Part shown: one piece after another, positions 10,336 through 20,923 of the stretch | How positions within the stretch are numbered: position 1 is the first letter of the stretch | How the letters are laid out: each line of letters begins with the position of its first letter | IMG/VR virus record: IMGVR_UViG_3300047323_000675 | Strand: one strand, 5' to 3' | Source of the DNA: a virus | Length of the DNA: 64,000 bases | Program-made: the position numbers and the translations under genes | The notes under the pieces: model-generated | The model's database searches: none | What the model saw: the letters and a program-made list of their open reading frames with translations, nothing else | Told to the model about the DNA's origin: nothing

Positions 10336-10931
10336 ATTCAATATATAAAGTTTTATTAAAAGGTGCAATTAATTTACAAGAACGATTAAATGTAATTTTA
10401 CATTCAGGTTGTTCAGATGGCGACTTAGATATAGTAAAATATGTTTTAACATCTATTGAATTAGAACAACATGCTAATATTAATTCACAAAAAGATAAAG
10501 CATTAATTAATGCATGCTCAAATGGGCATTTAGATATAGTCAAATATTTATTAACTTCGGATGAGTTAAAAAAGCATTCTAATATCCATGCACAAAATGA
10601 TGGTTCAATTGAATATGCATGTTTTGGTGGACATTTAGAAGTTATTAAATACTTAACTACTTCAGAAGAATTAAAAAAACGGATAGACATTAATAAAAAC
10701 AAAAATAAGAATTTTGGTGCTGCTCTTGAAGGCAAGCATTTAGATATCATCCGTTATTTTATTATTGATTTAAATATAGAAAAAAATAAAGGTGTTAAGA
10801 CTTTATTGAATTTATATCCAAATATAGAAGCAGAGAAATTATTTAAATTAAGAGAATTAAATAAGGATTTAAATGCCGAATTAATAGACAAAAGAAATTC
10901 TAATAGAAAGCATAAAAATTTAAAATTATGA
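10332..10931 (+). CDS. Ankyrin-repeat protein with tail
   Basis: GHLDIVKYLLTSDELKKH; tail HKNLKL. Confidence 0.85.
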   Translation: MNSIYKVLLKGAINLQERLNVILHSGCSDGDLDIVKYVLTSIELEQHANINSQKDKALINACSNGHLDIVKYLLTSDELKKHSNIHAQNDGSIEYACFGGHLEVIKYLTTSEELKKRIDINKNKNKNFGAALEGKHLDIIRYFIIDLNIEKNKGVKTLLNLYPNIEAEKLFKLRELNKDLNAELIDKRNSNRKHKNLKL

Positions 10932-11335
10932 ACAATCATGAAATTTACACAAAATACAAAAAAGCTGATCAATCAGAGTTAAATGGATATCTTCGTGGTT
11001 TAGGAAATCATTATGATTATCCAAATTTAGAACATATCAAGTATTTATTAACTTCTCCAGAATTAACAATCCATGCTAATGTGCATGTTGGTAATGATAG
11101 TTTATTTAGAGAACTTTTAATCAACATATATGATGATGTTGCATTAGAGGTAATGCGATATTTAATTTTTGACTACAATATAGTTAAAACTCCTACAATT
11201 GAAAAAACTTTAAATTGTAGTGACTCTAAAACTATAGATACAGTTAAAGATATGTTTAAAATACGGGAATTAAATGAATCTTTAACTAACGATTTAACAG
11301 GCAAAGAACTTACTCCTAAAAAGTTAAAAATATGA
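10928..11335 (+). CDS. Short ankyrin-family protein with tail
   Basis: HIKYLLTSPELTIHANVH; tail PKKLKI. Confidence 0.75.
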   Translation: MNNHEIYTKYKKADQSELNGYLRGLGNHYDYPNLEHIKYLLTSPELTIHANVHVGNDSLFRELLINIYDDVALEVMRYLIFDYNIVKTPTIEKTLNCSDSKTIDTVKDMFKIRELNESLTNDLTGKELTPKKLKI

Positions 11336-11715
11336 ATATTTATGACAATATGCATCAAAATATGCATAAAGAAGAATTAACTGGTTCTTTTGTTGTCGCT
11401 TGCAATATTGGTGATTTAGATGCAATTAAATCCTTATTAGAAAATCCTGATTTTGAAAAACATGTAGATGTTCATTTCAATAATGATGTAGCTTTTCAGT
11501 GGATATTATGTAATAACAGATTTGAGGTTATGAAATATCTTATCTTAGAATATCAGATAGATAAAACTAAAAAAATTAAAGAATATTTAACTACTTTCAG
11601 AAAAGAAAGCATTATTAAAGAGGCAATTAGGCTATTTGAACTACAAGAACTCAATAGTTCATTAAATAAAGAATTAACCACAAATGATAATAAGAATAGA
11701 AAAATAAAATTATGA
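11332..11715 (+). CDS. Short ankyrin-family protein with tail
   Basis: ACNIGDLDAIKSLL; tail NRKIKL. Confidence 0.75.
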   Translation: MNIYDNMHQNMHKEELTGSFVVACNIGDLDAIKSLLENPDFEKHVDVHFNNDVAFQWILCNNRFEVMKYLILEYQIDKTKKIKEYLTTFRKESIIKEAIRLFELQELNSSLNKELTTNDNKNRKIKL

Positions 11716-12101
11716 CTGAAAATAATGATATCTATAATGCATATAAAGGTTTACCTAAAGAAGATTTGAATGATTCTTTTATCACTGCATGTAAGTGGGG
11801 GCGATTAGAGCAAGTGAAATGTTTATTAGAGAATCAAGAATTTAGTAAGTATATAGATGTTCATTATAAAGATGATGAAGCTTTTGTGTGGTCATTAGTT
11901 AATTCTAAAAGAGAAATATTTTCTTATCTAATTCATGAATATAGAATAGAGAAAACAGATCGCATAAAAGAGTGTTTATCCAATAGTATTTCAGATGTTG
12001 TTGATGATGCAGCACAAATGTTTGAAATGCGTGAATTAAATGAACGGTTAAATGAAGATTTAACCCCAAATAATCAAAATTCTAAAAAAGCAAAAATATG
12101 A
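11712..12101 (+). CDS. Short ankyrin-family protein with tail
   Basis: Paralog of 11332; tail SKKAKI. Confidence 0.75.
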   Translation: MTENNDIYNAYKGLPKEDLNDSFITACKWGRLEQVKCLLENQEFSKYIDVHYKDDEAFVWSLVNSKREIFSYLIHEYRIEKTDRIKECLSNSISDVVDDAAQMFEMRELNERLNEDLTPNNQNSKKAKI

Positions 12102-12772
12102 ATGAATTATTAGAAAATGCAGATAATTTTGAACTATTAAATCAATTACTGATAGCTTGTAGTAATGGAGACTTAGAGACTGTTAGATATGTCTTAACAA
12201 ACGCTAAAATACAACCATCTGATATTAATTATTTTGATAATTCACCAATAAGAAATGCTTGTTATCACGGTCATTTAGAAATTGTTAAATATTTATTAAC
12301 ATCTAAAGAGTTAAAAGAGAATGTTAATATTCAAGTAATTAATGATGCTCCATTAAGAGTGGCTTGTGCAGAAGGACATTTTCATATTGTTAAATATTTG
12401 CTTACATCAGAAGATTTAAAAGAACATTCTAATGTTAATGCAATAAATAATGATGCAATGGATTATGCATGTTCAAAAGGTCATCTAGATATAATAAAGT
12501 ACTTAGTATCTTCTACGGAAATAAAGAAAAATATTGATATTGCAGATTATGATTATAAAGCTTTTAGAGTGGCTTTGGAAAATAATAATTTAGAAATTAT
12601 TAAATATTTTATTTTTGATTTAAATATTGAAAGAAATTCTCATATTGATGTATATTTGGAAAATCATAAAAGTGAAATAGTTGAAGATTGGTTTAAATTG
12701 AAAGAATTGAATAAATCATTAAATAAGGAACTAAACTCTAAGGATATTAAGCTTAAAAAGGTTAAATTATGA
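12098..12772 (+). CDS. Ankyrin-repeat protein with tail
   Basis: GHLEIVKYLLTSKE repeats; tail LKKVKL. Confidence 0.85.
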   Translation: MNELLENADNFELLNQLLIACSNGDLETVRYVLTNAKIQPSDINYFDNSPIRNACYHGHLEIVKYLLTSKELKENVNIQVINDAPLRVACAEGHFHIVKYLLTSEDLKEHSNVNAINNDAMDYACSKGHLDIIKYLVSSTEIKKNIDIADYDYKAFRVALENNNLEIIKYFIFDLNIERNSHIDVYLENHKSEIVEDWFKLKELNKSLNKELNSKDIKLKKVKL

Positions 12773-13101
12773 CTAATGAAGATTTATATAGTAAGTTTAG
12801 TGACTGTAGTGAAAAGGAATTAAATAAAATATTAATAGAAGCATGTTATGATGGTAAATTAGAAATAATTAAGTATGTTTTAGAATCAGAAAATTTAAAA
12901 GAGCATGCCAACATTCATTATAATAGAGATAATTCTTTTTATTGGCTTTTATTAAAAGAACATTTTGATATAATTGAATATCTAATATATGATTATAAAA
13001 TAGAAAAGACAGAATTAATTGAGCTTCATTTAAATAGTTTTAAGAATAAAAAATTTACAAATAAAATAAAAGAAATGTTTAATAATCCTGAAAGGAATTG
13101 A
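12769..13101 (+). CDS. Short ankyrin-family protein lacking tail (possibly truncated)
   Basis: ACYDGKLEIIKYVL and YLIYDY cap, but ends NNPERN. Confidence 0.65.
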   Translation: MTNEDLYSKFSDCSEKELNKILIEACYDGKLEIIKYVLESENLKEHANIHYNRDNSFYWLLLKEHFDIIEYLIYDYKIEKTELIELHLNSFKNKKFTNKIKEMFNNPERN

Positions 13102-13105
13102 AAAT

Positions 13106-13468
13106 ATGAAGAAAGAAATTTTTTTGAATGAACCAAATGAAGAAATGTATGAAGCATTAAAGAAAAGTGAAGAAATATCTAACTCAATTATTAATGCTTG
13201 TTATGATGGTGATCTAAAATTAGTTAAAAATTTATTATTAACTCCCAACTTAAAAATTCAACCTGATATTCATTTTATGTGTGATAGTGCTTTCGCTTAT
13301 GCATTACTTAAGAAAAATATAAAGATATTAGAGTATTTAATTATGGAGTTAAAAATAGAAAAAACCGATTATATAATTGGATATCTTGCTAATCCTGATA
13401 GTAGATACGATGTAAAATCAATTAAAAAAGCTGAAGAATGGTTTAGCAAAAGAGATTTAATTAAATAA
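13106..13468 (+). CDS. Short ankyrin-family protein with truncated tail
   Basis: ACYDGDLKLVKNLL; stops at WFSKRDLIK, partway into the RELN helix. Confidence 0.65.
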   Translation: MKKEIFLNEPNEEMYEALKKSEEISNSIINACYDGDLKLVKNLLLTPNLKIQPDIHFMCDSAFAYALLKKNIKILEYLIMELKIEKTDYIIGYLANPDSRYDVKSIKKAEEWFSKRDLIK

Positions 13469-13470
13469 AA

Positions 13471-14148
13471 ATGTTTATAAAAGAAAAATACAAATATCAT
13501 TCAAAGAGTCAATTAAAGGAAGAACTTATCTCTTCTTGTAAAAAAGGTGATTTAACTTTAACTAAAGTTTTATTGGATAATACTGAATTAAAACTGTATT
13601 CTTTTTTTGATTATTTAGGTGATGCAATTATAGCTGCTAGTAGAAATGGACATCTTGATATTCTTAAACATTTAAATTCTTTATTAGATAATAATGAAAA
13701 GAAAGGGATGGAGCCATATTATAATACAGCCTTAACTGCTGCTTGTAGAGATGGAAATATAGAAATAGTCAAATATTTTTTATCATCAAAAGAATTAGAA
13801 GGCTTTGTTGATATTCATACAGAAGATGATAACCCAATAGATTGGGCATGTAGTATGGGGCATTTAGATATAGTGGAATATTTAACTACATCAACAGATA
13901 TCAAAGAAAGAGTAGATGTTAATAAAAGTCCTAATGCATTTATTATTGCTAGTGCTAATGGAAAATTTGATATTATCCGTTATTTTATTTTTGATTTAAA
14001 TATGAAGAAATCCCATCATGTTCAATTATTCTTAAAAGACAATCCTAATGATGAGATTGATAATATGTTCAGTTTACGGGAATTAAATGAATCATTGAAA
14101 GGTAGTTTAATTGAAAATAAAATGTCAGAAAAAAAGAATAAGTTATGA
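13471..14148 (+). CDS. Ankyrin-repeat protein with tail
   Basis: GHLDILKHL, GHLDIVEYLTTS; tail EKKNKL. Confidence 0.85.
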   Translation: MFIKEKYKYHSKSQLKEELISSCKKGDLTLTKVLLDNTELKLYSFFDYLGDAIIAASRNGHLDILKHLNSLLDNNEKKGMEPYYNTALTAACRDGNIEIVKYFLSSKELEGFVDIHTEDDNPIDWACSMGHLDIVEYLTTSTDIKERVDVNKSPNAFIIASANGKFDIIRYFIFDLNMKKSHHVQLFLKDNPNDEIDNMFSLRELNESLKGSLIENKMSEKKNKL

Positions 14149-14696
14149 ATAATTCATATTCTGTGAAAAAGAAAAAATTTCGCTTAGACTCTGCATTTAA
14201 AGATGCATGTACAAAGGGTGATTTAACACAAGTTAAAAATTTAATTAAATCAAATAATGATAATATTGATTATGATTTAGGATTAATATTTGCATCTACA
14301 TATGGGCACTTAGATATAGTCAAATATTTATTAACATCTTCAGAATTAGAAAAACATGCAAATATAAATACTCAGGATGATTATCCATTAAGAATTGCAA
14401 GTAGTAATTTACACATAGATGTTATCAAATACTTATTAACATCTCCAGAGTTAAAGAAACATGCAGATATACATGCCCGTAATGATGAGGTTTTTTATAC
14501 AATATGTGCATTGAGAGACTATAATATGTTAAAATATTTAATTATTGATTTTGGAATTAGAAAAAATGAAAAAATCACTCCATTTATAGAAGCTGATGAA
14601 GAAATAAATAATATGTTTAAATTACGCGAATTAAACGAATCATTAAGAGATAGTTTAATTGAAAATAAATTTTCGGGGAAAAAGAACAAATTATGA
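14145..14696 (+). CDS. Ankyrin-repeat protein with tail
   Basis: GHLDIVKYLLTSSELEKHA; tail nearly identical to 13471, GKKNKL. Confidence 0.85.
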   Translation: MNNSYSVKKKKFRLDSAFKDACTKGDLTQVKNLIKSNNDNIDYDLGLIFASTYGHLDIVKYLLTSSELEKHANINTQDDYPLRIASSNLHIDVIKYLLTSPELKKHADIHARNDEVFYTICALRDYNMLKYLIIDFGIRKNEKITPFIEADEEINNMFKLRELNESLRDSLIENKFSGKKNKL

Positions 14697-15280
14697 ATGA
14701 TGATGATTTATATAAAGAATATTCTCAGCTTAATCAATTTAAAATAAATACAGCATTTACTGAGGCTTGTGGCAATGGAGAGTTAGATAAAGTAAGATTT
14801 TTATTAACATCAAATAGGCTTAGTTTCCATGCTGATATTCATTATTTTAATGATATGGGATTTGTTTCTGCATGTTTATATAGAAAATTCAATATCGTTA
14901 AATATTTATTAACTTCATCTGAGTTAAAGGAAAATGCAAATATAAATGCTCAAGATGATTTTGCAATAAGAGGACTGTGTAACTACTCAGATGTGGATAT
15001 TATTAAATATTTATTAACATCCTCTGAATTAAAAACGCATTCTAATATACATGCACAGTATGATGATGCTTTTAAAAATGCATATATTGCTCAACATTTC
15101 AATGTATTACAATACTTAATTCTAGATTTTAAAATTGAGCGAACAGAAGAAATTAATCAATTCATGATTGAAAATCCAAATAAAGAAATAGAAGAAATGT
15201 TTAAAAAAAGAGAATTAAAAGAATCATTAGAAAAAGGTTTAGATTATAATACAGCTATTATTAAAAAGAATAAATTATGA
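14693..15280 (+). CDS. Ankyrin-repeat protein with tail
   Basis: IVKYLLTSSELKE repeats; tail IKKNKL. Confidence 0.8.
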   Translation: MNDDDLYKEYSQLNQFKINTAFTEACGNGELDKVRFLLTSNRLSFHADIHYFNDMGFVSACLYRKFNIVKYLLTSSELKENANINAQDDFAIRGLCNYSDVDIIKYLLTSSELKTHSNIHAQYDDAFKNAYIAQHFNVLQYLILDFKIERTEEINQFMIENPNKEIEEMFKKRELKESLEKGLDYNTAIIKKNKL

Positions 15281-16026
15281 ATGATTCAAATTTAATTGGT
15301 GATTTATATAAAGCCTGCGACATTGGTGATTTAGAAACAGTTAGAAATATATTAACTTCAAATTCTTTAAAAGAAAAAATTAGTATAGAAGAAATATTAA
15401 GTGAAGCATTAATTGTTGCTTGTTCTAAAGGTCAATTAGAAGTGGTTAAATATCTATTAACTTCGCAAGAATTAAAAGAACAAGCACAAGTTAATAGAGA
15501 AGAAAGTAAAGCATTTATTTATGCTTGCGCAAATGGGCACCTAGAAGTAGTAAAATATTTACTAACCTCTCTAGAATTAAAGGAACATGCCAACATTACT
15601 GCTCAAGAAAATGACCCTTTGGATTGGGCTTGTAATAATGGTCATTTAGAGGTAGTAAAGTATTTATTATCATTCCCAGAAGTTACAAAACATGAAGAAT
15701 GTGGATTTAAAGAATTCCAAGCACTTATGAATGCGATTAATCCAGGTCATTTAGATATAGTTAAATACATAGTATCAAATTTTGATGTTGACTTACATAA
15801 GTATCATGATAATGCATTTAGAACAGCTTATAATAATGATCATATGGAAATACTTCAGTATTTTATTATTGATTTAAATTTGGAAAAAACTGAACATATT
15901 TTCTTACATATGAAAGCAAACCCAAATAAGGAAGTTAAAAGATTATTTGAGTTAAGAGATATGTCCAAAACACTTAATAATGAATTATTAATTAATAATG
16001 ATAAATTTAAAAAGAATAAAATATAA
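15277..16026 (+). CDS. Ankyrin-repeat protein with tail
   Basis: GHLEVVKYLL repeats; tail FKKNKI. Confidence 0.85.
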   Translation: MNDSNLIGDLYKACDIGDLETVRNILTSNSLKEKISIEEILSEALIVACSKGQLEVVKYLLTSQELKEQAQVNREESKAFIYACANGHLEVVKYLLTSLELKEHANITAQENDPLDWACNNGHLEVVKYLLSFPEVTKHEECGFKEFQALMNAINPGHLDIVKYIVSNFDVDLHKYHDNAFRTAYNNDHMEILQYFIIDLNLEKTEHIFLHMKANPNKEVKRLFELRDMSKTLNNELLINNDKFKKNKI

Positions 16027-16041
16027 AAAACAAATAAAAAT

Positions 16042-16779
16042 ATGAATGAAACTGATTTATATGAAAAATTTAAAGACTTAAATCAAGAAAAATTAAATTC
16101 TAGCTTAATCTCAGCTTGTCAACATGGTATATTTGATGAGATTAAATTTCTGCTTAATTCTCCTAAGTTAACTATTCATGCAGATATATTAGCAACTACT
16201 GGAAATATAGGTTCTTATAGTCTAAAAACTCCTTTAAGTGCAGCATGTAAGGATGGTCATTTAGATGTTGTAAAATATTTACTCAATGCAACAGAATTAA
16301 AACAACATGCAGATATAAAACAAAAAAAGTATCATGCCTTATTTGAGGCCACTATGTATGGTTGGTTTGATATTGTAAAATATTTATTAGAATTACCTGA
16401 ATTAAAAGAAAATTATAGTATAAATATGATTGGTAATGATGGAGGAACTTTATTTGGCGAGGCTGCACATCGTGGGCGTGTTGATATTGTAAAATATTTA
16501 TTAGAATCTAATGAATTTAAAAAACATATAGATGTTCATGAAAATGAAGACTTTGCTTTTAAGTGTGGATTAAGGTACAACACAGATGAGCATAAAGACT
16601 TAATTAAATATTTAATTTTTGATCACAACATCAAGAAAACGGAAAATATCAAAAAACATTTAAAAACATATCCAAGTGTTGATGTGGAAAAATGGCTTGA
16701 ATTAAATGATTTAAATCATACACTAGAAAACGAATTAGTTTCTGTTAAAATAGATAGAAATAAACAGATTAAATTATGA
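16042..16779 (+). CDS. Ankyrin-repeat protein with tail
   Basis: TPLSAACKDGHLDVVKYLL; tail NKQIKL. Confidence 0.85.
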   Translation: MNETDLYEKFKDLNQEKLNSSLISACQHGIFDEIKFLLNSPKLTIHADILATTGNIGSYSLKTPLSAACKDGHLDVVKYLLNATELKQHADIKQKKYHALFEATMYGWFDIVKYLLELPELKENYSINMIGNDGGTLFGEAAHRGRVDIVKYLLESNEFKKHIDVHENEDFAFKCGLRYNTDEHKDLIKYLIFDHNIKKTENIKKHLKTYPSVDVEKWLELNDLNHTLENELVSVKIDRNKQIKL

Positions 16780-17702
16780 AAAATAGGGCTGGGTTTAATT
16801 CTTTATCTATTGATGAGTTAAATGAACAATTAACTGAGGCTTGTAAAGTTGGTTGCTTAGATACAATAAAATATTTATTGGAGTCAAAAGAATTAAATCA
16901 GCATCCAAATTATTTCAATTATCATGGTTATGATTCTAGTCTTTCCAAATTAATAATGGAAGTAACAAATAATGGGGATTTAGATATTCTTCAATATTTA
17001 TTTACTGAAACTCCTATTAAAGAATCAAATGCATTACAAATGTATTTAAATCATTCACTTCATATTGCCTGCTTAACTGACAAGATTGATATTGTTAAAT
17101 TTGTTTTGACTTCAACAATTTTACAAACACATGCTCAAATTAATTCAAACTCTAGTCAAGCATTAGTTTATGCATATCAAAAAAGAAACTTTCCTTTGAT
17201 GGATTATTTATTAACAGATTCACAATTGATGGAAAAATCATTTATCCCAATTCAGGTTTGGATAAAAACAGATGACAATGATTTAGACCTAGTTAAATAT
17301 TTATTAAAAAATACAAGAACTCCATATTTATCTGAATCCGTAGATGATTTATTTGTTCATGCATGTAAAAATGGCTATTTAGAGATGACTAAATTTTTAG
17401 TAGAGTCTAAAGAACTGACAGAGAATGCAAAGATAAATAGTGACAATTACAAAGGTTTTATTAAAGCCATAGAAAATAAACAAAGCCATATTTTACAGTA
17501 TTTAATATTTGATTTAAACATAAGAAAAACAACAGAATTACATAAAATATTATCTCATGAAACAAATTTTGGTAAAGATCGTGATTTTGCTCAAAATGTT
17601 GTTAATTGGCTTAATTTAAGAGAAGTTAATAAACAATTAAATACTGAATTGATTGAAACAAATGTTAATGATATAGAGCAAAAGAAAAAGGTTAAATTAT
17701 GA
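16776..17702 (+). CDS. Divergent ankyrin-repeat protein with tail
   Basis: ACKNGYLEMTKFLV; YLIFDL cap; tail KKKVKL. Confidence 0.8.
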   Translation: MKNRAGFNSLSIDELNEQLTEACKVGCLDTIKYLLESKELNQHPNYFNYHGYDSSLSKLIMEVTNNGDLDILQYLFTETPIKESNALQMYLNHSLHIACLTDKIDIVKFVLTSTILQTHAQINSNSSQALVYAYQKRNFPLMDYLLTDSQLMEKSFIPIQVWIKTDDNDLDLVKYLLKNTRTPYLSESVDDLFVHACKNGYLEMTKFLVESKELTENAKINSDNYKGFIKAIENKQSHILQYLIFDLNIRKTTELHKILSHETNFGKDRDFAQNVVNWLNLREVNKQLNTELIETNVNDIEQKKKVKL

Positions 17703-18379
17703 ATTATGATAATTTTAAAAATAAAAACCAGCATGAATTAAATGAACTTTTCGTAAATGCATGTATAACTGGAGAACTAGATGTTGTAAAATATCTTTTA
17801 ACCTCTCCAGAATTAAATATTCATGCTCAAATTAACTATAACCAAAATGATGGATTATATTTTGCTACAGTACAAAATCATGTTCCCATAGTAGAATATT
17901 TACTTACCTCTCCAGAATTAACAGAAAAAGCAAATATTGTAGATAAAAATTCTAATGGGGGAAATGATCCATTTATCTCCTGTTGTGCAGAAGGACACAT
18001 ATATCTTTTAAAATTATTTTTAACATCACCTAAAATCAAGAAAAGAGTTCTTTTATCTGAAAGAGAAGATGAAGCTTTACATTATGCCACAAAGAATAAT
18101 CAATTTGAGGTAGTTAAGTATTTGATGACATCACCAGATTTATGGAGAAAAGCAAATCCTGACTTAGCATTTCGTAAAGCCTATGAAAATGGTAATTTGG
18201 AAATGGTTAAATATTTAATATTTGAATTAAATATAAAAAGATCACCATATATTAGACTTTATATGGGAAGAAATCCTAATGACACAATAGATAGTTGGTT
18301 TGATATGAAAGAATTAAATCAAGATTTAAAAAGTGAGCTTTTAACAAACGAATCTATTCAGAAAAAACTTAAATTATGA
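17699..18379 (+). CDS. Ankyrin-repeat protein with tail
   Basis: GELDVVKYLLTSPEL; tail QKKLKL. Confidence 0.85.
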   Translation: MNYDNFKNKNQHELNELFVNACITGELDVVKYLLTSPELNIHAQINYNQNDGLYFATVQNHVPIVEYLLTSPELTEKANIVDKNSNGGNDPFISCCAEGHIYLLKLFLTSPKIKKRVLLSEREDEALHYATKNNQFEVVKYLMTSPDLWRKANPDLAFRKAYENGNLEMVKYLIFELNIKRSPYIRLYMGRNPNDTIDSWFDMKELNQDLKSELLTNESIQKKLKL

Positions 18380-19287
18380 AAAATAACAAATTATATGAAC
18401 AATTTAAAGATTTATCTCAAGATGAGCTATATAAAAGTTTATTAAAAGCGGCTGAAAAAGGAGATTTAGAGGTAATTCAATATCTGTTAGAAAATAAAGA
18501 TTTAAAGCACAAGGTGAGTATAAGTTATATAAACCACAGTAATCCTTTTATATATGCTTGTAATTGTGGTCATTTGGATATAATTGAATATTTTGTGAAT
18601 TCTTCAGATCCACAAGGGCCAGGATATTGCTTGGAGATTATAAATAGAGGTTTAATTCAAGCATGTATTAAAGGAAATAATGAGGTTATTAAATTCTTAT
18701 TATCTTCTCCTAAATTAAAAAACCATGCCGATATTAATGCAGATAAAGGAACTCCACTATATTTATTAGTAAGTGATGGCGATTTAGATATAATTAGGTA
18801 TTTATTATCTTCTCCAGATTTAAAAAATCATGCAGATATTAATGCAATAGATGGTTCTATATTGGTTGAAGCATGTGGGCAAGGACATTTAGAAGTTGTC
18901 AAATATTTGCTTACCTCACCAGAACTTAAGGAACATGCAAATATCAGTGCTCAAAATAATATGCCATTTAAAAAAGCTTGTATGGAAGGTCATTTAGAAA
19001 TTGTCAAATATTTAGTTACAAATCCTGAATTTGAAAATAAAATAAATTTGAAGAAAAGAGCTAGCTCTTACTTCAAAGATGCTCTTATGTGTGGGCAACT
19101 AAATGTTATAAATTATTTTATCTTTGATTTAAATATCAATAAAACAAAGACTATACAACATTTTTTAGAAAAGAATCCAAACGAAAAAGTTGAAAATTGG
19201 TTTACTTTAAGAGAGGTGAATAAAAGCCTTAATAAAGATTTACCACAAAATAGTGTATTGCAGAAAAAAAACAAAAATAAAATATGA
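18376..19287 (+). CDS. Ankyrin-repeat protein with tail
   Basis: Multiple GHLE[VI]VKYL repeats; tail KNKNKI. Confidence 0.85.
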   Translation: MKNNKLYEQFKDLSQDELYKSLLKAAEKGDLEVIQYLLENKDLKHKVSISYINHSNPFIYACNCGHLDIIEYFVNSSDPQGPGYCLEIINRGLIQACIKGNNEVIKFLLSSPKLKNHADINADKGTPLYLLVSDGDLDIIRYLLSSPDLKNHADINAIDGSILVEACGQGHLEVVKYLLTSPELKEHANISAQNNMPFKKACMEGHLEIVKYLVTNPEFENKINLKKRASSYFKDALMCGQLNVINYFIFDLNINKTKTIQHFLEKNPNEKVENWFTLREVNKSLNKDLPQNSVLQKKNKNKI

Positions 19288-20078
19288 ATAATTATTACGA
19301 AGAATTTAAAGGATTTGAAGGTAATAACTTAATTGATTTATTAAATCAAGACTTTATTAATTCTTGTGAAATAGGTGATTTAGATAAATTAAAATATGTT
19401 TTAACATCTTCTGAATTATCTGAGCATGCAAATTTAAATGATAATTATAGGTCAGCATTAAATATAGCTTGTGAAAATGGACATTTAGAAGTTGTTAAAT
19501 ATTTATTAACTTATCCTAATTATCAAACTATGCGTGTTAACGATAATGCAGCTTTAATTCTTGCTAGTGAAAACGGACATTTAGATATTGTAAGATACCT
19601 CCTTACAACACCGATAATAAAAGATACATATAGCAACCAAGAAGATATTGATTTATCTCTACAGCAAGCATGTGGAGAAGGATACATAGATATAGTTAAG
19701 TATTTATTAACTTCATCAGAAATAGAAAAACATGCTGATATTAAATTTAGATATTATAGTTCTTTAAATGTAGCAATTGCAAAAGATAGAATTGAAGTTG
19801 TTAAGTATTTAGTCACATCACCAGAGTTAACCGATAAAGCAGATATACATATAAATAATGATAGCATGTTTAATACTGCTGTTTACTTTAATCGTATAGA
19901 TATTATTAAATATTTTATTTTTGATTTAAATATTGAGCGAAATATTTATATTGATGAGTCGCTAGAAAAAAAGCCAAATAAAGAAGTTGAAGAGTTATTT
20001 AAATTAAGGGAGTTGAATCAAGATTTAAATAACGAGTTGAGAATTAAAAAAAATACTTCAAAGAGAACAAAAATATGA
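19284..20078 (+). CDS. Ankyrin-repeat protein with tail
   Basis: ACENGHLEVVKYLL; N-terminus like 7283 (NYYEEFKG); tail SKRTKI. Confidence 0.85.
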   Translation: MNNYYEEFKGFEGNNLIDLLNQDFINSCEIGDLDKLKYVLTSSELSEHANLNDNYRSALNIACENGHLEVVKYLLTYPNYQTMRVNDNAALILASENGHLDIVRYLLTTPIIKDTYSNQEDIDLSLQQACGEGYIDIVKYLLTSSEIEKHADIKFRYYSSLNVAIAKDRIEVVKYLVTSPELTDKADIHINNDSMFNTAVYFNRIDIIKYFIFDLNIERNIYIDESLEKKPNKEVEELFKLRELNQDLNNELRIKKNTSKRTKI

Positions 20079-20923
20079 AGGATTTATCTCCAATATATAA
20101 TGAGGAAAAGCTAGTCCATTATGCAAATTTAAAAACTTTATCCCAAGAAGATTTATCAAAAGAATTAGAAAAAGCTTGTGATAAAAATGATGCGGAAAAG
20201 GTTAAATATCTTTTAGAATCTAAGGAGTTATATATAAGACCAAATATCAATGGTGCAGAATCTACAAAAGAATACGATGAGCATCCGATAATTAAAATAT
20301 GCACTATTGGTAATTTAGAGTTATTAGATTATATTTTAACCCTACCAAGTTTAAAGGTTAAGTTTAAAAATTTAGAAGATCAATTAAGTAGAGGATTGGT
20401 AAGAGCATGTGAAAAAAATCATCTAGAATTAATTAAATATATCTTAACTTCGCCAAGAATCGAGACACATGCGAATATTAACTATAGAGATGATGAAGCA
20501 TTATCTTGGGCATGCACCTATGGTAATTTGGAGGTAGTAAAATATTTATTAACTTCACCTGAATTAAAAAAACATGCAGATATTAATTGTAGAAATGGTG
20601 AGCCTATATTTGAGGCTTGTTGGCATAATCATATGCATGTAGTAAGTTATTTACTAACTTCCCCGGAATTACAAGAACATGCTGATGTTCATATAAATAC
20701 TGATTTTGTCACAATCTCAGCAATAACAGGTGAAAATTTAGAATTAATAAAATTTTTAATTTTTGATGTGAAAATAAAACAAACTGAAAATATAAAAAGT
20801 GTTTTAGAAAAAGTGAAAAACCAAACTATAATAGATTGGTTTAAATTAAGAGATTTGAATAATAGCCTTGAAAATGAATTAGATAAGAAAGAAGAAAATA
20901 TTATAAGGAAAATAAAATTATGA
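20075..20923 (+). CDS. Ankyrin-repeat protein with tail
   Basis: GNLEVVKYLLTSPELKKHA; tail IRKIKL. Confidence 0.85.
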   Translation: MKDLSPIYNEEKLVHYANLKTLSQEDLSKELEKACDKNDAEKVKYLLESKELYIRPNINGAESTKEYDEHPIIKICTIGNLELLDYILTLPSLKVKFKNLEDQLSRGLVRACEKNHLELIKYILTSPRIETHANINYRDDEALSWACTYGNLEVVKYLLTSPELKKHADINCRNGEPIFEACWHNHMHVVSYLLTSPELQEHADVHINTDFVTISAITGENLELIKFLIFDVKIKQTENIKSVLEKVKNQTIIDWFKLRDLNNSLENELDKKEENIIRKIKL

